Below are positions 17,619 through 29,000 of a DNA stretch of 64,000 nucleotides, in pieces; the first letter of the stretch is position 1, and each line of letters opens with the position of its first letter. The notes below the pieces were generated by a model that was not told the origin of the DNA, did no database searches, and saw only the letters and a list, made by a program, of their open reading frames with translations. Both the position numbers and the translations under genes were made by a program. The DNA comes from Callorhinchus milii (taxonomy: Eukaryota). Location of the stretch: the NCBI RefSeq assembly GCF_018977255.1, contig NW_024704742.1, positions 118,978,001 through 119,042,000 on the forward strand. Reading direction: 5' to 3'.

Positions 17619-20600
17619 TTATTCAGGTCCACCACGCTGTAAAAGAAGGATTACAGCAGTAATTATGCAGTTCAAAACATTTCAAAATATTTTGTGCCTT
17701 ACAAAGATTACATATTACAAGGGATACTCTAAGTTCAAGAGTCTGAGAATTAAAACATTAAATAGCTATTTCCAGTAAAATTCATTACATGCATTTTATC
17801 ATTATATTCATACTTCAATATCTGTACAGAAACAAATTACACAAACGCAAGAATACATTCATTTATTAATCATAATACCTTATCATGTTGGTGATGCACC
17901 TTAAAGCACTTCACAAGATTTTACTGCGAAGTGTAGTGGCTACGTATTTGTAGGTAAATGCAACAGCCAATTTGTGCATTGCAATGTTCAACAAACAGCA
18001 AGAAGTGATTGACCAATTCTATTTGGGGGATTGTTGGCCAGAACACTGGGAGAAATTCTCTTCAGTACACATGTTCCCATAGTGGAACTGATGAAGATGA
18101 ACATTTTGTAATTTACACACAAGTTATTAGGGTAAATCAATGTTTCCTGCAATAATAAAAGTAACTGAATTATTCCCTGCGGACATGGCTACAGCAGTTT
18201 CAATTGATTTTTCTGTGCAATTTACATTTTGCTCATGCCACAGTGGTTAACTGCAATTTCAGTGCAGAGAATTCTATAAAGGCACAGAGCTTAACATAAA
18301 ATAATCACCTTTCAAATAAATTATTGCATTATGATGTTGGCAAACATTAGTTAAGCCTTTGGAATTTGTAAATAAGATACAGTGAACATGCTACCTAGGC
18401 TCACCTGGATATACTCCATTTCCTCTAAGGGTACTGGTCGCCTTCGATATTTCTGCGGTAATGCTTTTACTAGATCTATAGTGTCAGGTCTACCAGGCAA
18501 TCGGTTAACGGGTGTTGATGCTGGTACTGGTGAACTTGATGCTTTAGGGTGTTGTCCTTGGGATTCTGGCATTTCCATGTTCAATGATTTGAGAGCTTCT
18601 TGCACTATGCAGTTAACAATATAAAAAAATGTTTTTAGATTTCTAAGCTCGTAGCCTTAAAGTAGAACCATGAGACATTAAGAGCACATATGTCCTTATA
18701 TGCTTCCTACTTTATTTCAGTTTTAATCTGCAGCAGTAACATTTCAAGATACGTAGTAATCAACTTTAATCATGGTATTTTTGTATGTATATACCACTTG
18801 GATAGAAACAAAACATGCATTCATAGTCATGGTGAGAAACAACAGTTTACAAAGAATGACACCAAATTTCATTACTAGATTTAGAAAGGTTATCTCAGAA
18901 CCTTGTAAAAATTGACAAACATGTTTCATATAAATTAAGTACAAATAAAGCACTAATCTTTATTAGTAGCACAAAGCAGTCAACTAAAAAATAAAGCTTC
19001 ATTAACATCACTATACCAGTGTCTATTTTATTATTCGTTACTGTAATATTTTAGCTTATGTAATAAGAGACCTTATTGAGTAAAAATGATACAGTTACAC
19101 ACCTTCCCATTACTGGAGGCTTACATTTGGATGTAAAGATTAAAACTCAAAATCAAAAGCATCTCTTGGGTCTGTATGGTATTCCCATACAGTGAGACAT
19201 TGCAAATTTCCAATAGTTAAACAAGGAGTTAGTTATTAATAACACTGCACAGTAAAATGGAATACAGAAAAGTATGGCACAGTTTCATTTGTCAATATTA
19301 AAGAAAGGACTCAATAAAATCTCTTTAGGCAAATAAAATCTTTGATCATCAAAATGATTTTACTGTTATGTTAAACAGACAAGAGAAAATGAACTGAACC
19401 ACTTACCACTGGGTTGAGGCCAGGCTTTCCTATTGGGAAATTTAATTAATTGAGCACGTGGTTTCACAACCTGCAATAACATAGATTTTACGTGCACAAA
19501 CTTGTAATAGTCCACATCTTCATTGGTGAATACAATACAAAATTACATTTGTATTGTACCTTTCACGTAGGGAGGTCATTCCCAAAGCACTGGACAGTCA
19601 GGGATTTGGAACCGAGCAGGAGGGGAATTGGGGTAAGGAAGGGTGGAGGGCAGTTAGTGTAAGAGGGTGGCTGAAGGCACGGTTGAAGAGGAAGGTCTTG
19701 AAAAGTGCCTTGAAGGCGGCAAGGGAGGGACTGAGGCAAAGAAAGTATGGGATGGAGTTCCAAAGAGTGTGGGCGGAGAGGCTGAAGTCCGACTGCCGAT
19801 GGTGGGGCGGGCTTGGCGGGGTTACATAGAGCAGGAGGGAGCGAACGAGTTGATAAGGGGTTAGCAGGTCACTGAGGTTGGAAGGGGCAAGGCTATAAAG
19901 GGCCTTGAAAGCGAGGATGAGGATTTTGAGCTCTAATGAACAATTAATCTGAACGACTGTTAGCCAGGACACTGGGGAACTCTTTTTTTTGAATAGTTCC
20001 ATGGGATCTTTAATCAGCTGTAATAACAATAGGCAGAAGGCATCCTGGTTAAATTTAACACAAAAAGCACCCTATAAACAAAAGACATTTGTTCCAGTCT
20101 TTCGGTCTTCCTCTAATTGTTCTGATTTCTTTTTGTCACCTTTTCTATTTCTCCAATCTCAGCGTTTCTTTAAATTCAGCCTCCTTTCAATCACCCACTT
20201 CATGACTCACTAAACTAACATCATCTTCGCCCACCAAGGAAGCTGACAAAGATCGGAATCAAAGATTTCTCTACATCAGTGACACTTGTGAATCAGTACT
20301 CAAGTGGTGATTCAAGTGAGCCAACTAGGACAATAATAGATGAGTAGAGTATGTTACAGAATTTCAGCATTGAGCACAGGGAGTCAGGCTCAGCCACTAT
20401 TAAGCGCTCTGAGATGCTATCCTGCGTGGAGGGCGCTATATAAGTGCAAATTGTTGTAGTGGTTTTAGGTCAAATCACAGCAATGTCCTTCCACAATTTG
20501 GCAGACTCCCAAAACAAAGCAGTGTACAGTTCTGTAAAAGTCCAGTAATTTTGTCGCATTTTAACTTATATTTGGACAAAGCATTTTAGATGAATTAAAC

Positions 20601-23454
20601 TGAGAAAATACAAAACTAATCTGTAAACTGAAGCAATTTGCTTAAAGAAATAGTAGAACACACACATATATTATATATACACATATATATATAAGTGCGC
20701 TCTGCAAAAGTCAGCTTGCAAAAGAAATAGGGCTTTCTTTTGTGAATACCACACATTTTATCAGAATATGACATTCTTCTAGGCTAACATCAGGCACTTT
20801 AAGGGACACAAAACTAGAGCTAAGCCAATTTGGTTGCCAGGCAAATAAAATGCTAATTGATTACAATTTCCTAAGTATCTTTTAAGAAAATGTTTTGTTT
20901 AGCAATGACAACTTGTACATTTAATAATGTTGCCCGATATCATTCCAATAAAGTTGATACCACAGCTGCTCAAGTCATATGGTACACTGACTAATTCTGT
21001 ACCTGCACTATTATATCAAAGTCCATATTTAACTCTGAAGTTCCTTACTTCCTCTGCTTACTCCTTCTGCTCGGCAACCTCGAGCTTTCACCTCACCTGT
21101 CTGCACCACCATTGGTAGTCAAGCCTTCAGATTTTTTTGTGAGGGCTCGATTGATGGGCATACCAAGTTTGGTGCAGGTGAGGATATGGTGGCAGAGTGG
21201 TGGATGAGTTGGAGCTTGTAAATAAATGATGGAGCTAGACCATCAAGCCCCTAACCTTTGGAACTCCCTCTACCTCTCAGTCGTGTCCATTCTCTGTCTT
21301 AAAAAGTCCTGGCTTAAAACATACCTCTTCGAAATTGGCTATGGTCATGCTCACTCTCCCTTTGATTGGCTTTCGTAAAGCATGTTGTTAACATGAAGGG
21401 CAGTTTGCTGCCTTTCTCTCTGTAACTGTAAAAAGGAACTAGGGGCTGAAGCTCAGACTATGAGCTGCCGTAAGGTCACTCGAGATATAACCAAAGAGCG
21501 TCCCGAAAATGCATGTACAGTAAACGTGTTCATGTACGGTGCACATCGGGGCACCCTCCGAAAGCAGCAAGTGGGGTGCGTGTGGGCACGCACATGGATG
21601 GGGTGCACCCAGGGGCGACTCCCGACTGTTTTAAAGGGAGGGTCCCAAAAAACGTGTGCAAAAACCCGTGTGGGTGGGGGAAGGAATGTACCGTAAACAA
21701 CGGAACATGTTTTTGTATCGGGAGGAAGGGGAAAATTGTAACAGAAGATGTTGTGTTTATTTTGGATCTTCTGTTGTACCAAATATTATATTTATAAATA
21801 AATACTTAAAAAAAAATGATCTGCCATGGGATGGGGGTAATTTTATAATAATAATATCACACCAGACTACATTGTGATATTTATCACACCAGACTACAGA
21901 TCAGAAGCTGTTTTCCTACTCGTTTACCACCTGGTGAAAATAAATAAAACCTGTGCCACAGGTAACTATCGCCCTTGGTGTCTTGGGTCAGGTGAACTGT
22001 AGGTGAAAGAAATCAGTGACCTGAATGTCCCAGTGACAGGCCGCTGCTCCTCCGGTAGCTAACTCACTGATTCACACACAGACGGTCACAGCCATTTATT
22101 ATAAATAAAAACAACAACAACAAGATTCCATTTATTGAGCGCCTTTCACGTCGGGAGGACGTCCCAAGGCGCTGTACAGTTGGGTCAGGACCCGAGCAGG
22201 GGGGAAATGGTCAGGGTGAGGGGAGGAAAGGGAGGGAGCGAGGAGGGGGTAGAGAGTCGAGAGGGGAGCTGAAGGCACAGTCAAAGAGAAAGGTTTTGAG
22301 ACCGGCCTTGAAGGAGGAAAGGGAGGAGGCGGCGAAGGCACTGGGGGATGGAGTTCCAGAGCCTCGGGGCTGAGAGGCTGAAGGCCCGACCACCGATGGT
22401 AGGGCGGTTGGGGCGGGGGATGTGGAGCAGACCGGAGCCAGAGGAACGGAGGGTACGGGCAGGTGGGTAGGGGGATAGTAGGTCAGAGAGGTAGGAGCGT
22501 GCAAGGCCGTGAATGGCCTTGTAAGTGAGGATGAGGATCTTGAATTCGATCCTCTGGGGGATGGGGAGCCAGTGGAGGCGAGCGAGGGTGGGAGTGATGT
22601 GGTCCCGAAGCCTGGTGCGGGACAGTACACGAGCTGCAGAGTTCTGAATGACCTGCAGTGTGGAGGGAGGGGCCGGGAAGGCCGGCGAGGAGAGAGTTCC
22701 CATAGTCCAGCCTTGAAAACACTCTGCGTGTGGAGTTTTTACCGAAATGATTCAGACTCGCACCGTGCGGGTTGGGAAGGAGGGTCCGCCGGGGGCTGGG
22801 CTCACACTGGCCGGGGTTGGGGTGAGGGTCCCCGGGTTGAGGGGGAGGTTCCCGGGGGTTGAGGGGGAGGTTCCCGGGGGTTGGGGGGAGGTTCCCGGGG
22901 GTTGGGGAGAGGGGGGTTCCCCGGGTTTGGGGTGAGAGTCCCCGGGGTTGGGGGGTGAGGGTCCCCGGGTTGGGGGGGGGTTCCCCGGGTGGGGGGTGGG
23001 GGGGTTTCCCGGGTGGGGGGTGGGGGGTTCCCCGGGTTTGGGGGGGGAGGGTCCCCGGGTTGGGGGGAGGGGGGTTCCCCGGGGTTGGGGTGAGGGTCCC
23101 CGGGTTGAGGGGGGGTTCCCCGGGGTTTGGGGGGTGAGGGTCCCCGGGGTTGGGGGGAGGGTCCCCGGGGTTGGGGGGAGGGTCCCCGGGTGGGGGGGTG
23201 GGAGGGTCCCCGGGTTGGGGTGAGGCTCCCCGGGGTTGGGGGGAGGGTCCCCGGGGTTGGGGTGAGGCTCCCCGGGGTTGGGGGATGAGGGGCCCCGGGT
23301 GGGGGGGTGGGGGGGTTCCCCGGGGTTGGGGGGAGGGTCCCCGGGTGGGGGGGTGGGGGGGTTCCCCGGGGTTGGGGGGAGGGTCCGGGCCGCTCGCTCT
23401 TACCTGAATGACCCTGACGCTGGCCGCCATCTTACTGCCCCAACCACTCCCCAT
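17619..23454 (-). CDS. MRPS36: MRPS36/KGD4, adaptor subunit of the 2-oxoglutarate dehydrogenase complex
   Basis: Exons 23454 (or 23430/23463)-23404 (..GSKMAASVRVIQ), 19470-19407 (VVKPRAQLIKFPNR..), 18604-18405 (..PDTIDLVKALPQKYRRRPVPLEEMEYIQ), 17636-17619 (RGGPE*). Phases join; the C-terminus EEMEYIQRGGPE is diagnostic. Start codon ambiguous. Confidence 0.93.
19530..19930 (-). mobile_element. L2 LINE 3' fragment
   Basis: KILILAFKALYSLAPS..SAHTLWNSIP..FKTFLFNRAF. Confidence 0.85.
22110..22712 (-). mobile_element. L2 LINE 3' fragment, young
   Basis: RLDYGNSLLAGLP, IQNSAARVLSRTR..LHWLPIPQRIEFKILIL; tail gggacgtcctcccgacgtgaaaggcgc..(gtt)n. Confidence 0.92.
22810..23385. repeat. G-rich minisatellite (~20-23 bp, ggggttggggg(t/g)gagggtcccc) at the start of MRPS36 intron 1
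   Basis: Directly visible array of G-runs and C-runs. Confidence 0.95.
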
Positions 23455-23570
23455 TGTTGGCATTTCCCGGCATCTGCTTCCAGGTCACTGACCCTCGAGT
23501 CCCGCCCCCGCCCTGCGCATGCGTCAACCTTCAATCACACCTGTCAATCACGCGTAACCTTGGCAACATC
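23420..23570 (-). promoter_or_regulatory. MRPS36 promoter region
   Basis: YY1-type AAGATGGCGGC over an ATG (23423-23433), GC box cccgcccccgccc, NRF1-type tgcgcatgcg (23514-23523), X-box-like gtaaccttggcaac (23554-23567). Confidence 0.7.
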
Positions 23571-23789
23571 AGCGCCATTGCCGCTGGGGCTGAGATGAGC
23601 AGAAGGAGCACATTTCAACCCTTAACTTAATGTTTTTTTTCTCTCTGAGTGCACGTGCTATGTTCATCTCACGCGTAATTTAAGATGTGTGTATTATGAT
23701 TGCCGGTTACGCTTCTTTATTTGAAGAAATATACGAAAACCGTAGCGCTGCTCATGTTCGGAAGGAATTCTCTTTGCTTAAAATAATTA

Positions 23790-24290
23790 TAAATTGGTCC
23801 GCGACTCAATCCATGACTGTTGGTGGGACACTGCTGTGCGCAATTGGCTGCCGCGCTTCACCCTATAGTCGATGCGCTGTATACTATCTGGTGAAGCGCT
23901 TTGGGACGTCTTGAAGACGTGATAAGTCCTGTAGCTCAGTGGTTAGAGCACTCGCTTTGCAAGTGAGAGACCTGAGTTCAATTCCAAGCAGGTCAGGGCG
24001 AAACCTTGGGCAAGTTTCCTTACTCCACACAGAGCCTAATAATAATCCCTCCAAAACCAAAAACAATAATAAATTGGTCATTTTCAATCCATGACTGTTT
24101 GTGGGACATTGCTGTGCGCAATTGGCTGCCGCGTTCACCCACAAATATACAGTCAATTCACTTTACAGTGTGTTCTGTGAAGCGCTTTGGGACGTCCTCC
24201 CGACGTGAAAAGCGCTATATCAAATGCAAGGATTATTATTATTATTATTATAAGGCGTTATATCAAATGCAAGGATTATTATTATTACGA
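23790..24290 (+). mobile_element. tRNA-derived SINEs: a tail fragment followed by a full short-subfamily copy
   Basis: Head at ~23927; tail gggacgtcctcccgacgtgaaaagcgctatatcaaatgcaagg(att)n, with its end duplicated. Confidence 0.9.
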
Positions 24291-24294
24291 TCAG

Positions 24295-24670
24295 CCTGGC
24301 TCAGTTGGTAGCACTCTCTCCTCGAGTCAGAAGGTTGCGGGTTCAAGCCTCCCATCGGAACTTGGATTCACATACTCCAAGCTGACACTGCAATGCGGTG
24401 CTCGGGTGTTTTGCATCGCTGGAGGTGCCATCTGCCGATTCCAGTTGACATTAAAGATCCATGACATTATTCAGAGAGTTTTTCCCCGTGACCTGTCCAA
24501 CAATCCTCCAAATAATTTGTCATTTCTTTCACTGCCATTTGTGCGACACCCCTGCACACAACTGGACTGCCATGTTCATCTACAAGTACAGTTGCACCAC
24601 ACAGTAAATCCTGTGAAGGGTTTTGGGACATCTTTCAAATGTGAAAGATGCTAATAACAAATGCAAGAAT
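24295..24670 (+). mobile_element. DeuSINE (SacSINE1-like)
   Basis: Head ggctcagttggtagcactctc..gagtcagaaggtt..ggttcaag and Deu-like core gctgacact..tgca..ggaggtgcc. Confidence 0.75.
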
Positions 24671-25012
24671 CAACATTATAATTGGCAAAAAGATTTATTG
24701 ATGTTGTTGGTCCTAGGCCAGGTAGGAAAAGTAAAAGCAGACAGGATTATTTGACAATTATTAGGACCATAACATATACATTAACTGATCATGATGGCTT
24801 TTGAAGTTTGCTCAACTGTAGATTTTAATAATCCTTGCATTTGATTGAGTGGTTCACCCCAAGGGTAGGTCTCAAAGTGCCTTGTGATTGATTTACTGTA
24901 AAGTGTTGTGACTGTATTCTGCAGGCAAATGCAGCAGCCAATGTGTGTCCAGCAATGTCCCACAACCATGAACCAATTTTATCTGGGGGGATTGTTGTCG
25001 TGTCAATAGGGA

Positions 25013-25300
25013 CTTACTATCCCCCTACTTACCTGCCCGTACCCTCCGTTCCTCTGGCTCCGGTCTGCTCCACATCCCCCACCCCAACCGCCCTACCATC
25101 GGTGGCCGGGCCTTCAGCCTCTCAGCCCCGAGGCTCTGGAACTCCATCCCCCAGTGCCTTCGCCGCCTCCTCCCTTTCCTCCTTCAAGGCCGGTCTCAAG
25201 ACCTTTCTCTTTGACCGTGTCTTCAGCTCCCCTCTCGACCCCCTCCTCGTTCCCTCCCTTCCCTCCCCTCACCATTTCCCCCCTGCTCGGGTCCGTGTCA
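25013..25300 (+). mobile_element. L2 LINE 3' fragment
   Basis: Near-identical to the reverse complement of part of 22190-22480. Confidence 0.9.
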
Positions 25301-26077
25301 TACTGGTCTTAGAGTGTTAATGTAATCAGTGTCTCCAAGCACCTCCTGTTTCCCTTTGTTTCGTGAGATGTTTTCAGACCAGCAATGTCCAAATGTATTT
25401 TTCAATCAAAATGTTTAAGGTGATTAGTCGATCACCTTAGCTCATTATCCCTCTTTCCAGACCACACTAATTCATTCATTTATTATATTAATCCTTACAT
25501 TTGATATAGCGCCCCACCACATCCTCCAGACGTCTCAAAGTACTTCACAGAATATACTACAACGTGAAGCGACAGCATGCCCCCCAGGTGAAACATTTAC
25601 ATTCCAACAGCAGTCAGATCTAGTTTAACAGGAGCACCAAAATGGAGCAAGAGTCATATTGTAGTTTTATTTTGATATAGTGGAAAATTAGTACAAAAAA
25701 GGTTTATTTGGAAATAATTTATCTTATTCTTGCTTCACCTCTCTAAGCCATATTGACTAAGTATTAACTAAGTGTTAGTTAAGTATTTGTTAAGTATTAA
25801 CAACAAATAATGACAACTTGCAGGCATTAAAAATCCATTAAACATTATTGTTCACAAATACTGTAGCTCTTGTAACCAAATGAAAACACCATAACAATCA
25901 TTTTATTTTAGCATACAACACAAAATCAGAGTATTTACAATTCTTGTTTAAAACTAAGAATAGAAGTCAAAGAATGTGAAGATTTCCACTCAAGTACAAG
26001 AAAATAGTTTTGGGAGTGATTTGGTTATAACGTTTCCCACTCATAAGTATCAGAAACGATTAAGTTCTTAAATGTGT

Positions 26078-29000
26078 TCAGTCAAGTGGATTCTTCTCCA
26101 GTTGCAAAATAAGTTCCTTTAATTTAGGATCCTTGGCCCAGTTTACTCCACTGGCAAGAATGATACCCTGCAAAAAAGTTTAGTACTTAGAAACATTTAA
26201 GATAATCTTAGAGAAAAACAAAAGTATTGTTTCACAATTTTTAAACAAATTGCAGATTTGCAGTTTGGTTCGATGACTCGTTTTCAAAAATAAAGTGCTA
26301 GTTCAGCATTCAGCCTTGAAAGATAGTTTTGACATTTAAACAAATTACACTTATTGTATGAATGCATGTAGGAAAACCTGAGCTGGGGGTCGGGATCAGG
26401 GAGGGTGGAGGGCGCGGGGGAAGAGGGTGACCGAAGGTACAGTCAAAGAGTCTTGAGACGGGTCTTGAAGGAGGTAAGGGAGGGGGCGAGGTGGAGGGAC
26501 TGCGGGTGCAGCAGAGTGGCAGAAGGCCCGCTTGGCAATGGAGGACATCCCAAGGCGCTGGACAGTCAGGGATTTGGAGATGGTGGAGTGTGGTTGGGGG
26601 TGGGGTGGTTAAGGAGGTGGTGATTAAAGATACAATCAGATCAGAAGTTATAGTTGATGTCCTGTACCTGTAAAACATTTTGAATCAATGTTACAGTCTT
26701 CAGATGTTCTAATAAGTTTTTTTTGGCACGTTTTGGAAGCTCATTTTCCATTTCTTGTAGCAACTGCTGCTGCTTCATCTTCTCAGTCCTTCTTTCCTTC
26801 AAGACATCTTGCATCGTTTGTTTTAACACTTAAAGAAAAGGAAAAGATTCTTTGCATCAATACCATGAAAACAACAGAAAACATTTCTAGTTTTAGTTTT
26901 ATTGGAAATGGGACGAAGTTTCCAATGTTTATGATATACACATATTGCTATGTACCTCTAGAGAAAAAGGAAGTGTGAGGTATCTGCAGGGACAATGATT
27001 GTACAGCAAAGAGACAGAGAACGTCAGAGCTATGAAGCACTGCGAACTTGGTAGGTGATCAGTTTACACCCTTAATCCTGCACACACTGATTTCTCAAAT
27101 AGCTACAAATGAGAATGAGATTTGCAAGGCTATTATGATGGCCACAGTGAGATTAATGTGCCAATATTTAGAGACCAGGGGGGCAACCAGATCCCAGGTA
27201 CCATACCCAAGCAGATGAAAGCAGAAGAACAACAACATTACATTTGTATAGCGCCTTTCACGTCGGGAGGATGTCCCAAGGCGCTGAAGGGTAGATAAAA
27301 AGAAAAAATAACATTTTCTAAGAAAGCATACAACAGTGACTCCTTTTGAGCACAAACAAAATGGACCACATCACTGATTTAATTCTCTGCTCTGCTCACT
27401 TCCCAATCCATGCTGGCAGGAGGTTGCTAGGAAGAGGGTAAAAACATTGAACGTGTGCTTACTTGAAGGCAATACCTTATGCTCCTGCCAGGTGGCTAAA
27501 AGGTGCATTAGTAGGTCTTGGAACAGAGTGCCCATATTCTTATCAAGATGTATGCCCAGGCACATCTAATCCGTGGAAATAAATTCCAACATAAAAAGTG
27601 AGTATTCTACAGTTATTTACTGTGTAGTCGGTTCACAAGAAAATTTACAATAACAAGTTGTAAACTGTTAAGGGAAATATATGGTGGGGTGGTTGTTGGA
27701 AAATCTCACTTACCTGTCAAATATAATTGTATGGATAACTAAAGAATAATTAAGGGGTGATGAACCACAATAATAGTCAAACAAAATATATAAGTTTCCC
27801 TATCTGTGCAGTAATTGAATCTGGTGAAGATTTATAGATTTTCAATTACTTAGCCTCTGCTTTTGAACTTCAAGTACTTTGTTTTCCAAAGTGCGGATTT
27901 CCTACAAAAAAACAAAGCAACATAAAATCAGTAATAATAATATTTGCATTTATATAGCGCCTTATCACGTCTTCAAAATGCGGCAACCAATTGCGCACAG
28001 CAGTGTCTCACAAACAGTCGTGGATTGAAGTGATAATATTATTATTATTTGAAGGAATTATTATTCCTGGAAAAGCAATCCACCAATTGACTAACAACCG
28101 GGTTCCTACTTACTGCAGAGGCGTGTTGAGTAAGGAAACTTGCCCAACATTTTGCCCTACTGGGAATCGAACCCAGGTCTCTCACTTATGAGGCGAGTGC
28201 TCTAAGCACTGAGCTACAGAACTCCAGGAGTAATGTGTTTACACAAAGGTCTCTTCTGGTGTTTTAACATTAAAGTACAAAGTAATCCTGGAATAATTTA
28301 ATCATTTCAATGGTGAATGATTACAGTAAAAATGTCAACATTCACTTATCTCACAGAACCTCACTTGTAAACTATTGGTTACTAAATCAAGTATAAATGT
28401 TAGCAGAGCAAGGCCTCTGAATGTCTCTCTATCATTTACAAATGAATACCACTGGATGGAATAAACATAGAACATGATTTTGTTTGCTTTCTAGGAATGT
28501 TTCCAGAGTTTCTTCTACATGAAAATTATGTCCTGGGTAAAACGAAAATTGTACAAGACTTTTGGGGAAAAAAAGCACATCAAAGCACAATCCAAAACAT
28601 TGACTCAAAGTGAAAGAAAGATTGGCAGGTAAAACAACTAAAGAGCAGTGGAAAGTCTTCAAAGATGAGATAGCTCGGGGACAGAATAAATACATTCCCA
28701 CAAAAGGGAAAAGTAGGGCTTCCAAACCTCCCTGGATGACAAAGGTAATTGTATCTAGAATGAAGCAGAAAAAGGAGGCGTATGACAAATGTCAAACCCA
28801 AGATACAGAAGGCAACCAAATAGAATATAGGAAGAGCAGAAGAGGTTTGAAAAAGGAATGGCCTCTTTTTGTGCTGTACGATTCTATGATACTGACCCAT
28901 CACTAGCAAAATGGCTACCAAAATACCTTGGACCCTCCCCTCCCAAACAAAAATGGTAATGCACACAATGGTACTTACTTTCTGGTTTGCTACAATCTCA

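Noticed and set aside
22483-23463. 326 aa proline-rich ORF
   Set aside because: Read-through of MRPS36 exon 1 past a strong donor into the minisatellite and an L2 fragment.
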